Assembly: GCA_965223545.1 (NCBI GenBank)
Contig: OZ245006.1
Coordinates: forward strand, 4,128,001 to 4,192,000
Direction: 5' to 3'
Length of the DNA: 64,000 nucleotides
DNA from: Planctomycetota bacterium
Lineage (GTDB): Bacteria; Planctomycetota; UBA1135; UBA2386
Shown piece by piece: positions 18,444 to 27,388 of this stretch (position 1 is the stretch's first letter; each line of letters starts with the position of its first letter). The notes beneath the pieces are model-generated. The model was not told the DNA's origin. It saw only the letters and a list, made by a program, of their open reading frames with translations, and did no database searches. The position numbers were made by a program, and so were the translations under genes.

Positions 18444-19667
18444 ATGAACTCTCGATCCACGACCGCCGTTCGCAGCCGCATCGACCGTCGCCCACCGAAG
18501 AGAAGTCGCCGGCGCTCCACCGGCGGTTTGCCGATCTCGTTGAAGGTCGTCCTGCCGTTGTTGTTGGCGGCGGGCGGTGGCTACAAGGCGTGGGACGCGT
18601 GGGCCGCGACGCGGGCGACCATCGTGGTCGTCGCGGCGGAAGCCGAAGCGCCGCCAAAGGGCGAGATCGAGTTCTTCGCCTACGACGATTCGGGTGCGGC
18701 GCGCTCGCCTGGCGAGTCCATCGGGCGGCTCGCATTCGACGGTGGTCGTGCCACCGTGGGGCCCGATCTGGTGCCGGGCACTGCATTGGCGCGGGTGAGC
18801 GTCGATGGCTTTGGCGTCAGCTACGCCTTGATGCGGGCGGGCGACCAGGTGCGGTGTGAGCTCGGCTTTCCCCAACGGCTTGCCGGTGAGGTCTTGGATT
18901 CCGGCGGCGCGCCGGTGGCCGAGGCGGCGGTCCTGGGGCTGGGCGGTGGGCCGCACGGTGTCCTGTTGGCCGAGGCTGTGACGGACGCCCGCGGGGGCTT
19001 CACCCTCGGTGGCTTCTCGGCGTCCGTCGACACCATCTACGTGCGAGTGCTGGCGCCCGGGCACGCAGTGGCCGGCGTGGAGTGGTGGCTGCGCGGCGAT
19101 CAGGCGCGGACCATCGAGCTGCAGCGAACGTCGCCGGTGACCGGCCGACTGGAGTCGTTTGTCGACGGGCAGCCGATCGACGGGGTTCGACTGCAGGCGC
19201 ACCAGCTGCCCGGGGTCGCCGTGCAGAGCAACGCCGCCGGCCAGTTCACGATCGATCATCTGCCCCGCGAGCAGCGCGTGCGCTTGATCGCGACATCGCT
19301 GCCGCCGTCGATCACCCACCCGGAAACTGTCGTGGTCGCGGGTGCGCGCGCGGTGCAGCTGCCCTTGTTTCGCGCGGCCCGTCTGCGCGGTCGCGTGATC
19401 GACGCCGGCACCGGCCAGGCGATTCCCCGCGCCCGCGTCGTGCACGATCACGGCCCCCGCGGCGGCGAGACCGCGATCTGCGACGCGCTGGGAGAGTTCG
19501 AGATCGGTGCCCTTCCACCCGGCCGCATCGCGTTGCGCGCGCTCATCCCAGTGCCCTCCCGCGATGCCGCAGGCCGCAGCCGAACGCGCTGGCAGGAGAC
19601 CCCACACGTGATCGAGGTGATCGACGGCCAACCACCCGCCGACATCGAGATCCGCATCTATCGATAA
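18444..19667 (+). CDS. Membrane-anchored carboxypeptidase-regulatory-like repeat protein
   Basis: N-terminal TM; repeated G.V.D..G.PV..A.V / TDA.G.F beta-sandwich motifs. Confidence 0.7.
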   Translation: MNSRSTTAVRSRIDRRPPKRSRRRSTGGLPISLKVVLPLLLAAGGGYKAWDAWAATRATIVVVAAEAEAPPKGEIEFFAYDDSGAARSPGESIGRLAFDGGRATVGPDLVPGTALARVSVDGFGVSYALMRAGDQVRCELGFPQRLAGEVLDSGGAPVAEAAVLGLGGGPHGVLLAEAVTDARGGFTLGGFSASVDTIYVRVLAPGHAVAGVEWWLRGDQARTIELQRTSPVTGRLESFVDGQPIDGVRLQAHQLPGVAVQSNAAGQFTIDHLPREQRVRLIATSLPPSITHPETVVVAGARAVQLPLFRAARLRGRVIDAGTGQAIPRARVVHDHGPRGGETAICDALGEFEIGALPPGRIALRALIPVPSRDAAGRSRTRWQETPHVIEVIDGQPPADIEIRIYR

Positions 19668-19753
19668 GTACGGAGTCAGACTCGATTTTCTCGCTTCGCT
19701 TCGCCCCGCCGCTCCCCTTGCCGGCCCGTGGGGTGTGAGCGCACGATGGGCGA

Positions 19754-20308
19754 ATGCGACCGATCCCCCACGCGTCGTCGCCCTCGCGACGGCGCACCCT
19801 CCTCGTCTCGGCGGCACTGCTGGCGGCGGCTGCGAGTTGGCAGGATCCCGAGCGGCCGCCGCCGGTGCCGCAGCCTCCCGCGGGCGCAACGCCGCTGCCG
19901 CCCGTGCGGGACGCGCCGCGCACCGCGGTCGAGCGCGAGGATCTGCTGCAGGAGTTCGCGCCCCGGCACCCGATCGAAGGCACCTACGCGCTGCGCGCGT
20001 TCGTCGACGGTGCAGTCGTCGCCGCTGCGCGCGGCTATCTGATGATCGGCCGCCGTCACGTCTCGATCCACTTGCACTCGGATCGGGGAGATGCCCCGCC
20101 GGCAGTGCAGTCGGCGTTTCGCAGCTACGAGCTGGACGACGATCGGTTGGTCATGACCAGCCTCTTGGGTCTGCGCAACGAACTCGATGGGGACATCGTG
20201 CTCGAGCGGGCGGGAGCGATGCGCAGCGCGCGCTACCGGCTGATGGGGTCGAAGCTGTCGCTGCAGCTGGGCGGCGGCCGCGCCTTGGAGTTCGACCGGA
20301 TCGAGTAG
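19754..20308 (+). CDS. Hypothetical exported protein
   Basis: RR plus hydrophobic N-terminus, Pro-rich linker, beta-rich domain; coding-like codon usage. Confidence 0.6.
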   Translation: MRPIPHASSPSRRRTLLVSAALLAAAASWQDPERPPPVPQPPAGATPLPPVRDAPRTAVEREDLLQEFAPRHPIEGTYALRAFVDGAVVAAARGYLMIGRRHVSIHLHSDRGDAPPAVQSAFRSYELDDDRLVMTSLLGLRNELDGDIVLERAGAMRSARYRLMGSKLSLQLGGGRALEFDRIE

Positions 20309-20324
20309 CCTTTTTCGAGCGGTC

Positions 20325-21887
20325 TCAGCGGCGGCGGCGCAGCAGCTGGCGGGGATCGGGTCCACCGATCGCGACCAGGAACGCGCCGAAGGCGAGGCCA
20401 CCGGCCACCACCGGCAGCGCGATCAGCAGAGCCCCGCGCGCCCAGCGGAACTCGGGCGCGGGAATGCTCTGCACGGCGAACACCACGAGCGCCATCGCCA
20501 CCGCGGCCGCGGCGACGCGCAGCAGCCACGGTGCCATCACCGGCGGCACGGTGCAGCGTTGCGCGACTTTCCGTGCCAGCAGCACGGCGTTGAGGGCCGA
20601 GCACGCCGTGGTGGCCAGCGTCAGCCCGGGCACACCGAGGCGCAGCACACCGACGAAGATCACGTTGAGAAGCAGGTTGCAGGGCACCAGCCAGGCCGCG
20701 ACTCGCGCCGGCGTCGCGGTGTCGCCGAAGGCGAACAGAACGCGCGCGTACAGCTGGGCGACAGCCAGGAACGGCAGACCGATGACCAAGCACACCGTCG
20801 TCCGCGCCGACCACCGGGCGTCGTCGGCGTCGTACTCGCCGCCGACGAAGAACACTTCCATGAAGTCGCCGGCGATCAGGCACAAGCCGAGCGCCGCGGG
20901 CACCGAGAGGGTCAGCGTGGTGCGCAACGTCGCCCCGATCCGTGACGACAGCTGCTCGAGCTCGCCGCGCGAGGCGTGCACGGCAAACTGCGGGAACACC
21001 GCCGTCGCCAGCGCCAGCCCAGTCAGGGCGTGGGGGAACAACAGCAGCCGGTTGGCCATGTAGACGTGGCTGTTGGCGCCGGGTGCGATCCAGTAGTAGG
21101 CGATGGCCTGATCGAGCAGGGTGTTGATCTGCAGCACCGACATGCCGACGAGGGTCGGCAACATGCTGCGAAACACCGCGCGCGCCGGATCACCGGGCGG
21201 CGGCCACTGCGGGCGGCCAAAGCCGCCGATGCGCCACAGCAGCCAGCCGGTGCTACCGACTTGCAGGACGCCGGCGCCGATCAAGAACAGCGCCGTGATG
21301 GTGACCGCCGCCGCGGGATCGTCGGGGTGCAGCGCGCAGCCGACCACCAGGCCGCCGATCCACGCAATGTTGAGGACCACGGGCATGGCGGCGGGCAGCG
21401 CGAACCGGTCGTGCGCGTTCAGCGCCCCGCTGTAGACCGCAGTGGTGCAGACCAACACGACGTAGGGGAACAGGATCGCGAGCAAGCGCGCGAGCAACGC
21501 GCCGCTCTCCGCACCGCTGACGCCGTTCGCCTGATCGTCCGCCAGCCAGTGCGCAGGGATCATGCACACCGTCGCCACGACCAACACGGCCAGCGCGGTG
21601 AGTCCGACGATCAACGCCCCGGTCACCGACGCGAGCAGCCGCCGGGCGCGCGCTTCGCCCTCGGCGTCGAGGGTGCGCGAGTACGCCGGGATGAACGAAG
21701 CCGACAGGGCGCCTTCCCCCATCAGCCGGCGCAGCAGGTTGGGCACCATCCAGGCGAGGATGAACGTGCCCATGGTCCAGCTCGTGCCCAGTAGCCGAAA
21801 CATGAACACGTCGCGCACGAAGCCCAGCACGCGCGACAGCAGAGTGAACGCCGAGACCGCCGAGGCGGCGCGCAGCGTGCGACTCAC
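20325..21887 (-). CDS. murJ: Lipid II flippase MurJ (MviN)
   Basis: TLLSRVLGFVRD, PNLLRRLMGEGALSASFIP, many TM helices; GTG start overlaps the upstream stop. Confidence 0.92.
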   Translation of the reverse strand: MSRTLRAASAVSAFTLLSRVLGFVRDVFMFRLLGTSWTMGTFILAWMVPNLLRRLMGEGALSASFIPAYSRTLDAEGEARARRLLASVTGALIVGLTALAVLVVATVCMIPAHWLADDQANGVSGAESGALLARLLAILFPYVVLVCTTAVYSGALNAHDRFALPAAMPVVLNIAWIGGLVVGCALHPDDPAAAVTITALFLIGAGVLQVGSTGWLLWRIGGFGRPQWPPPGDPARAVFRSMLPTLVGMSVLQINTLLDQAIAYYWIAPGANSHVYMANRLLLFPHALTGLALATAVFPQFAVHASRGELEQLSSRIGATLRTTLTLSVPAALGLCLIAGDFMEVFFVGGEYDADDARWSARTTVCLVIGLPFLAVAQLYARVLFAFGDTATPARVAAWLVPCNLLLNVIFVGVLRLGVPGLTLATTACSALNAVLLARKVAQRCTVPPVMAPWLLRVAAAAVAMALVVFAVQSIPAPEFRWARGALLIALPVVAGGLAFGAFLVAIGGPDPRQLLRRRR

Positions 21888-22906
21888 CGCCGCGCCCTGC
21901 GCAACCGAACGGCGAGGTGCCAGGCGACCAGGCCGCCGACGATCGCGGCGCTGGTCCAGTGCAGGATGCCGATGTGCTCGTGCTGGTGGCCGGCGCGGGC
22001 GGCGGGCGCGATGCCCCATGCTGCATAGATCGCGTCCAGCAGTGCCCCGAAGGCGAGGCTGGTGATCGCGATCGTCGCGCAGTAGACCACGGCGGCGCGC
22101 CGGCCGAGCATGTTGACGACCGCGCTGATGGTCATCAAGTTGGTCGCCGGCCCGGCGAGCAAGAAGACCAGGGCGGCGCCGGGCGAGAAGCCGGCGACGA
22201 TCAGCGCCGCGGCGATCGGCGTCGCCGCGGTGGCGCAGACATAGACCGGGATGCCGAGCCCGAGCAGCACGAGCATCTGCACGAACGGCGATCCGATCGC
22301 GGCGGTCACGGCGGTCGGGACGTCCAGCCACACGGTCAAGGCGGCGGTGATCAAGATGGCGGGCAGGAGGTAGACCGCGACCTCGGCAAACAAGTCGTCG
22401 AATGCGTAGCGGAGTCCGCCCCTGATGCCACGCGCGTCCCCGGTGATGTCTTCTTCACCGTGCTCGCAACATCCGTCGGCGCTGTCGGCGGCAGTCTGCG
22501 GGGGCGTCGAGAGCCGTTCGACCGCGACTCCGCTGGCGATCGCGGTGATCAGCGCGGCGACGGGTCGAAACACCACCATCAACGGATGCAGCACGGCGAC
22601 GGAGGTTGCGATCGAATCGACGCCGGTCTCCGGGGTGGCGACCAAGAACGACGCGGTGGCCCCGCGGCTGGCGCCGCGCTTGCGCAGCTCGACCGCGACC
22701 GGGACGACCCCGCACGAACAGAGCGGTAGGGGAATCCCGATCGCGGCGCCCGCGACGATGCCCCGAAGGCCCGTGCCGCCGAGAGCACGCGCCATGATGC
22801 GCGGTGGTACGAACGCGTGCAGCAGGCCGGCCACCGTGAACCCCAGCAGCAAGAAAGGGGCGAGGCTCGCGAGCACCTCGATGAAAGCCTGGAGAAGCGA
22901 AGACAC
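21884..22906 (-). CDS. SO_0444-like / DUF318 heavy-metal permease
   Basis: GIPLPLCSCGVVP, FLVATPETGVDS, YVCATAATP, LLAGPATN. Confidence 0.88.
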   Translation of the reverse strand: MSSLLQAFIEVLASLAPFLLLGFTVAGLLHAFVPPRIMARALGGTGLRGIVAGAAIGIPLPLCSCGVVPVAVELRKRGASRGATASFLVATPETGVDSIATSVAVLHPLMVVFRPVAALITAIASGVAVERLSTPPQTAADSADGCCEHGEEDITGDARGIRGGLRYAFDDLFAEVAVYLLPAILITAALTVWLDVPTAVTAAIGSPFVQMLVLLGLGIPVYVCATAATPIAAALIVAGFSPGAALVFLLAGPATNLMTISAVVNMLGRRAAVVYCATIAITSLAFGALLDAIYAAWGIAPAARAGHQHEHIGILHWTSAAIVGGLVAWHLAVRLRRARR

Positions 22907-23101
22907 TGGGTGCTGGGGAGGACTCGGAACGCTGTTCCAGGGAGCACGGGGCCGTGCACGGGCCACTGTTAGAATGGGCTCGCCCGCCGGCCTTTCCAAG
23001 ACCCATCCTCTCGCCGCCCCCGTCCTGATGCTCAGGCTCTCGCCTCTCCTCATGCCCTGTCTCGCGGTTGCCCCTCGTTCTTGCAACCGCGGTGCGCACC
23101 G

Positions 23102-23749
23102 GTGAGCCGGCAGTCGAGCCGTCGCGTTTTCGTCGGCGACATTCAGGGATGCTTACAGCCGCTGCACGCGTTGTTGCGTGCGGTGGAGTTCCGGCCGGGG
23201 GTCGACCGATTGATGCCGGTCGGCGACCTCGTCGCCAAGGGCCCCGACTCCGACGGCGTGCTGGCTCTGCTGCGCTCGTTGGGGGCAGAGCCCGTGCTCG
23301 GCAATCACGACCTGAGCTGGTTGACGCGCGGCACCGTTCGCGACCCGGCGGATCGGGCATGGCTGCGCGCGCAGCCGGTGGTGCGCGTCGAGCCCGACAT
23401 CATCGTCGTGCACGCCGGTCTCCATCCGCATTGGCAAGAAGACCAGCTGCTGGAGTTGACCCCCGAAGAGATCGACTTCGCCGTCAACGTGCGCTACTGC
23501 GACGCAGACGGCCAGCGACCGGCGACCGATTGGCCACCGCCGGAGCCGCCGTTCGTGCCCTGGGACGAGCACTACCGCTTGTCCAAGCGCGTCGTCTTCG
23601 GCCACTGGGCACGGCGTGGCCTGGTGCAGACCGACCGCGTCGTCGGCCTGGACACGGGTTGCGTCTATGGCAAGACGCTCAGCGCGTGGATCGCCGAAGA
23701 AGACCGCATAGTCCAAGTGCCGGGGCTGTCCCCGCCACTCGTGCCATGA
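23102..23749 (+). CDS. ApaH-like metallophosphoesterase
   Basis: VGDIQGC, VGDLVAKGPDS, LGNHD, VHAG, VFGHW, LDTGCVYG. Confidence 0.9.
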   Translation: MSRQSSRRVFVGDIQGCLQPLHALLRAVEFRPGVDRLMPVGDLVAKGPDSDGVLALLRSLGAEPVLGNHDLSWLTRGTVRDPADRAWLRAQPVVRVEPDIIVVHAGLHPHWQEDQLLELTPEEIDFAVNVRYCDADGQRPATDWPPPEPPFVPWDEHYRLSKRVVFGHWARRGLVQTDRVVGLDTGCVYGKTLSAWIAEEDRIVQVPGLSPPLVP

Positions 23750-23752
23750 CGC

Positions 23753-25228
23753 TCACACCCGCACGTTGTCGCACGACTTGGTGTGCGCCGGCACGCCGGC
23801 GATGTACGTGCACGTGAAGTTGAGCTCGGTCGCCGTGCCGTCGGTCCCGCCGGGCGCAGTCAAGTTGGTCAGCATGTTGCCGTGCAGCAGCGCGCGCGGC
23901 GTCGTTCCGCTGGCCTCGGCGACGACGATGCCCCATTGCAGGTTGGTGCCGTCTCCGCGCACCAAGTTGTTGGCGACGATGACCTCGGCGAAGTAGTTGT
24001 CGGTCCCCGCCACGATGCCGACCGGAGTGCTGGCCTCGATGACGTTGCCGACCACGACGGTCTGCGACTCGACCTTGAGAGCGGAAGGGCAACCGGTCGG
24101 GTTGTACTGTCGGTAGCACCCCACGCCGTCGATCTTGCGCAACGTGTTGCCCTTGCACACCGCCAGCCGTCCGCCGTTGTTCCAGTTGGTGATGTTGATG
24201 CCCCGGCCGGCCGATTCGACGACGTTGTCGGCGACGACCGCGGCGAACCCGTCGGCACTCAGTGACGACCCCGTCGCCTCGACCCAGATCGCGGTCTCGC
24301 CGCAACAGCTGCAGTTGTTGCCCACGAACTGCGTCGCCTCGCATTCGTTGGCGCGGAGTGCGGAGTACGCGCAGTTGTAGATCCGGTTGTTGGCCGCGAG
24401 CACGTTGTGGGCCTTGTAGAGGCTGACTCCGTTGCCGTAGGGCCCGAGTGTCAAGTCGGAGTCGATGTCGTGGATGTGATTGCCGGTGATCACCGCGCCA
24501 TCGACGCCGGGCGAGCTGTGGAAGATGCGGATGCCGTTGCCCTTGCGTTCGCCTGTCGATGTGGCTTCGACGCCGCACGCGGCGATCTCGTTGTCGGTGA
24601 TGTGGAGGTTGGAGGCGTTCTGCGCCCGGATGCCGGTCTCGGTGATGTCGTGGACGTGGCACTGGCTCACGGCACCTCCGTTGGTGCTGTTGAACCGCAT
24701 CCCCTCGCGCGCGCTATTGCGCACGGCGCAGCGCACGAAGCGGACGTCGTCGGAGCTGGCGATCTGCACCAGTCCGCTACTGTTGAACGCGACCCGGCCG
24801 CCGCCTGTGGCTTCGCGGCCGTCGAAGGTCAGGCCGGATACGGTGCACCCGGCGGTGCCACTCGGCAGGTCAATGGTCAGCAAGTTGGCCGGCGTGCCGA
24901 TGCCCGCCAGGTGTAGGACGCTCTTGCCGGGCACGCCTTCCAGAAAGACGGAGTCGTCCACGCTGAGATTGCGCGCGCGGTAGTGGCCGGCGGGGAAGTA
25001 CACGACCTTGCCCTGGGACTCGGCGTCGTCGATTGCCGACTGGATCGCCGCGCTGTCGTCGGTCGTGCCGTTGCCGGTCGCGCCGTACGGGCTCTCCTTG
25101 ACATTGAGGCGAGTGCCCGGCGACGCGGGCGGGGGGGCGGCGACCTGCGAGCGCGCGGTCGTGCCGAGCACGGTTGCGCCCAAGAAGCCGGAAGATGCGA
25201 CGACGAGATCGCGGCGGTTGAGACCCAT
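23753..25228 (-). CDS. Tat-exported right-handed beta-helix protein (TIGR03808-like)
   Basis: MGLNRRDLV Tat motif; YGATGNGTTDDSAAIQ pectate-lyase-3-like start; PbH repeats; YGNGV, CAYSALR, GETAIW, NWNNGGRLAVCKGN. Confidence 0.8.
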   Translation of the reverse strand: MGLNRRDLVVASSGFLGATVLGTTARSQVAAPPPASPGTRLNVKESPYGATGNGTTDDSAAIQSAIDDAESQGKVVYFPAGHYRARNLSVDDSVFLEGVPGKSVLHLAGIGTPANLLTIDLPSGTAGCTVSGLTFDGREATGGGRVAFNSSGLVQIASSDDVRFVRCAVRNSAREGMRFNSTNGGAVSQCHVHDITETGIRAQNASNLHITDNEIAACGVEATSTGERKGNGIRIFHSSPGVDGAVITGNHIHDIDSDLTLGPYGNGVSLYKAHNVLAANNRIYNCAYSALRANECEATQFVGNNCSCCGETAIWVEATGSSLSADGFAAVVADNVVESAGRGINITNWNNGGRLAVCKGNTLRKIDGVGCYRQYNPTGCPSALKVESQTVVVGNVIEASTPVGIVAGTDNYFAEVIVANNLVRGDGTNLQWGIVVAEASGTTPRALLHGNMLTNLTAPGGTDGTATELNFTCTYIAGVPAHTKSCDNVRV

Positions 25229-25359
25229 GGGTACCTCACGGAGTGGAGGGAGTTGGCGAGAACCCGACCAATGGGCGAGCGGACGGAGTGCAAGCGGGCC
25301 GACTTTTTGTCGCCGTTCTCGAACCGCGACTGCGGACGGCGGGCACCATTGACTCGACG

Positions 25360-26289
25360 ATGGGCTCGAGACCCGACCACGCCGACCTCACCTCCCACTT
25401 CGAGTTCGCCCGCCGGCTGGCGGCGCAGCTCGTCGGTGATACCGACCGCGACGATGTCGCGCAGGAGGCGATGGCAGCGGCCCTCTCCAAGCCGCCGCGG
25501 GATCCCGGCGCGGGGCGCGCGTTCGTCGCCTCGATCGTGCGCCGAGTCGCCGGGCGCACGAGACGCCGGCGGAGTCGGCGGCAGCGTCGGGAGCGCGCGG
25601 TCGCGCGGCCGGAATCGGTGTCGGCGGCCGACGAGTTGGCCGCGGCCATGGAGTTGCATCGGATGGTCGTCGACGAGGTCATGCAGCTGCCGGCGCCCCA
25701 GCGTGAGGTCGTGCTGTTGCGATTCGTCGAAGACCTGTCGGCGCGGGAGGTGGCGGCTCGCTTGGGCCTTCCACTGGAGACCGTGCGCACGCGGCTCAAG
25801 CGCGCTCTGGCTCTGTTGCGTGGCCGCCTCGATGGCCGGATCCGAGACTGGCGTGCGATCCTCGCCGGTCTGCTGACCGTGCCGCGCGAACGGTCGCCGC
25901 GCGGTGTCCCCGTTTGGCTGCCGATCGCCGGGGTTGCGGTGGCTGCCATCGCCCTCCTCGGCCTATGGCTGGTTGCGCCCACCGATCCTGGGGCCGGCGC
26001 AGGGCCGGCCGCCCCCGCCGAGCCTGCCGGCTTTCGCCTCTATGTCAACGTGGGCCGAGATCAGATCGAGCTTCTGGAACAGGTCACGGTCCGGGTGCGC
26101 GACGGCGATGGGCTGGTGGCCGAGCACCGGATCGTCGGGCGGGGGCCGTACTGGATCGAGGTACCGGGGCCGGGGGCGTACTCGGTCCAGCTGGCGGAGG
26201 TCAGCGGGTATGCGCTGCCACAACCAGTCGCGGTCGTGGTTCGGCCCGCAGGCTTGTCACACACCGCCGTGGACTTGCGAAAGACCTGA
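25360..26289 (+). CDS. ECF sigma factor with C-terminal TM and extracytoplasmic extension
   Basis: Region 2 DDVAQEA; region 4 LPAPQREVVLLRFVEDLSAREVAARLGLPLETVRTRLKRAL; then a TM helix. Confidence 0.85.
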   Translation: MGSRPDHADLTSHFEFARRLAAQLVGDTDRDDVAQEAMAAALSKPPRDPGAGRAFVASIVRRVAGRTRRRRSRRQRRERAVARPESVSAADELAAAMELHRMVVDEVMQLPAPQREVVLLRFVEDLSAREVAARLGLPLETVRTRLKRALALLRGRLDGRIRDWRAILAGLLTVPRERSPRGVPVWLPIAGVAVAAIALLGLWLVAPTDPGAGAGPAAPAEPAGFRLYVNVGRDQIELLEQVTVRVRDGDGLVAEHRIVGRGPYWIEVPGPGAYSVQLAEVSGYALPQPVAVVVRPAGLSHTAVDLRKT

Positions 26290-26339
26290 GGAGCTTGGGC
26301 GGCGTGGTTGTTTCTGTTGACTGGAAGGAGCGAAGTTCG

Positions 26340-27332
26340 ATGAGCGTCTTGCGATCGTGTTGTGGATTGGCCGTCTCGTGTTTGCCGGTGACGACGGTCG
26401 CGGCACAAGCCGATCCCGGTGCACCCGGTGTCGTGGCCGCGGCGTTCGAGATCGGACTGGCCGAGCCTCGTGCGCTGGAGCTCCCCGAGACCGGTGTCGA
26501 AGCGGTGGCGCGTGCCGCGGACGTCGAAGTCGATGTGGTGGAGCGGGCGAAGCTGTTCGCGGCGACGCACGGCGAGCGCGACGTTCGCTTGGCCCGCGTC
26601 GAAGTGCCCCAGTCCTCGCCGCCGGCGTGGGCGGTGATCGCGCTCGGCGCAGACCGCTCGTTCGTTGCCGCGGCGGTCGTCGACGCCGGTGGCGCGGTCA
26701 TCGACGAGTGGCGTCACTTCATGCGAGGGCTGAAGTTCCACGACGTGCCGAGACTGGAGGGCGCCGCGCCGCGGTCGGCGCTGGCGGCGCGACGCGCCGC
26801 GGCCGAGGGCGGCGCTGGCGTGGACGCGCGGCTGACCGTCGCGCTGCTCGACATGCTGCAGCACATGAACGCGCAGGCCGCGGTCTTCAACCTGCCGAAG
26901 AACCCCGATCGCGACCCCGGCGAGGAGTCGCGGATGATGGCGGCAGAGTTCGCCGCCGTGGCGGAGCTCGCACCGGGGATGGCTCCGGTGTTGGGGGGAG
27001 CGGCAGAGCGGTTTGTGGCGATTGCGCGGGATGCCTCGGCTTCCGCCGCCGCGCTGGCAGACGCGGCCGACGCAAGGGATCGGCAGGCGGCGCGCGAGCA
27101 CCAGCGCGCGGTCATGCGCTCCTGCAAGGCCTGCCACGATTTGCCGGCGCAGGGCGGTCAAGAGCTGCGGGAGCTGTCGACGCGCCATCGCGTACGGCTC
27201 GGGATCGGCGATGGCTACTACCAAGTCGGACACGATCTTCGCATTCGCCATCCCGATCGACAGCGCGCACAACGAGTGGCCGATGCGCTGCGGGTGGGGG
27301 CCCTGCTGATCGACGCCGCTGCGGCGCAATAG
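26340..27332 (+). CDS. Exported c-type cytochrome (cytochrome c'-like C-terminal helix bundle)
   Basis: Signal peptide; SCKACHD heme motif after helical segments. Confidence 0.65.
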   Translation: MSVLRSCCGLAVSCLPVTTVAAQADPGAPGVVAAAFEIGLAEPRALELPETGVEAVARAADVEVDVVERAKLFAATHGERDVRLARVEVPQSSPPAWAVIALGADRSFVAAAVVDAGGAVIDEWRHFMRGLKFHDVPRLEGAAPRSALAARRAAAEGGAGVDARLTVALLDMLQHMNAQAAVFNLPKNPDRDPGEESRMMAAEFAAVAELAPGMAPVLGGAAERFVAIARDASASAAALADAADARDRQAAREHQRAVMRSCKACHDLPAQGGQELRELSTRHRVRLGIGDGYYQVGHDLRIRHPDRQRAQRVADALRVGALLIDAAAAQ

Positions 27333-27388
27333 GCGTTCGCGGGCGGCAACGTGCGCCAGCGGGTATCGTTGCCGCCGCGGAGGTCGCG

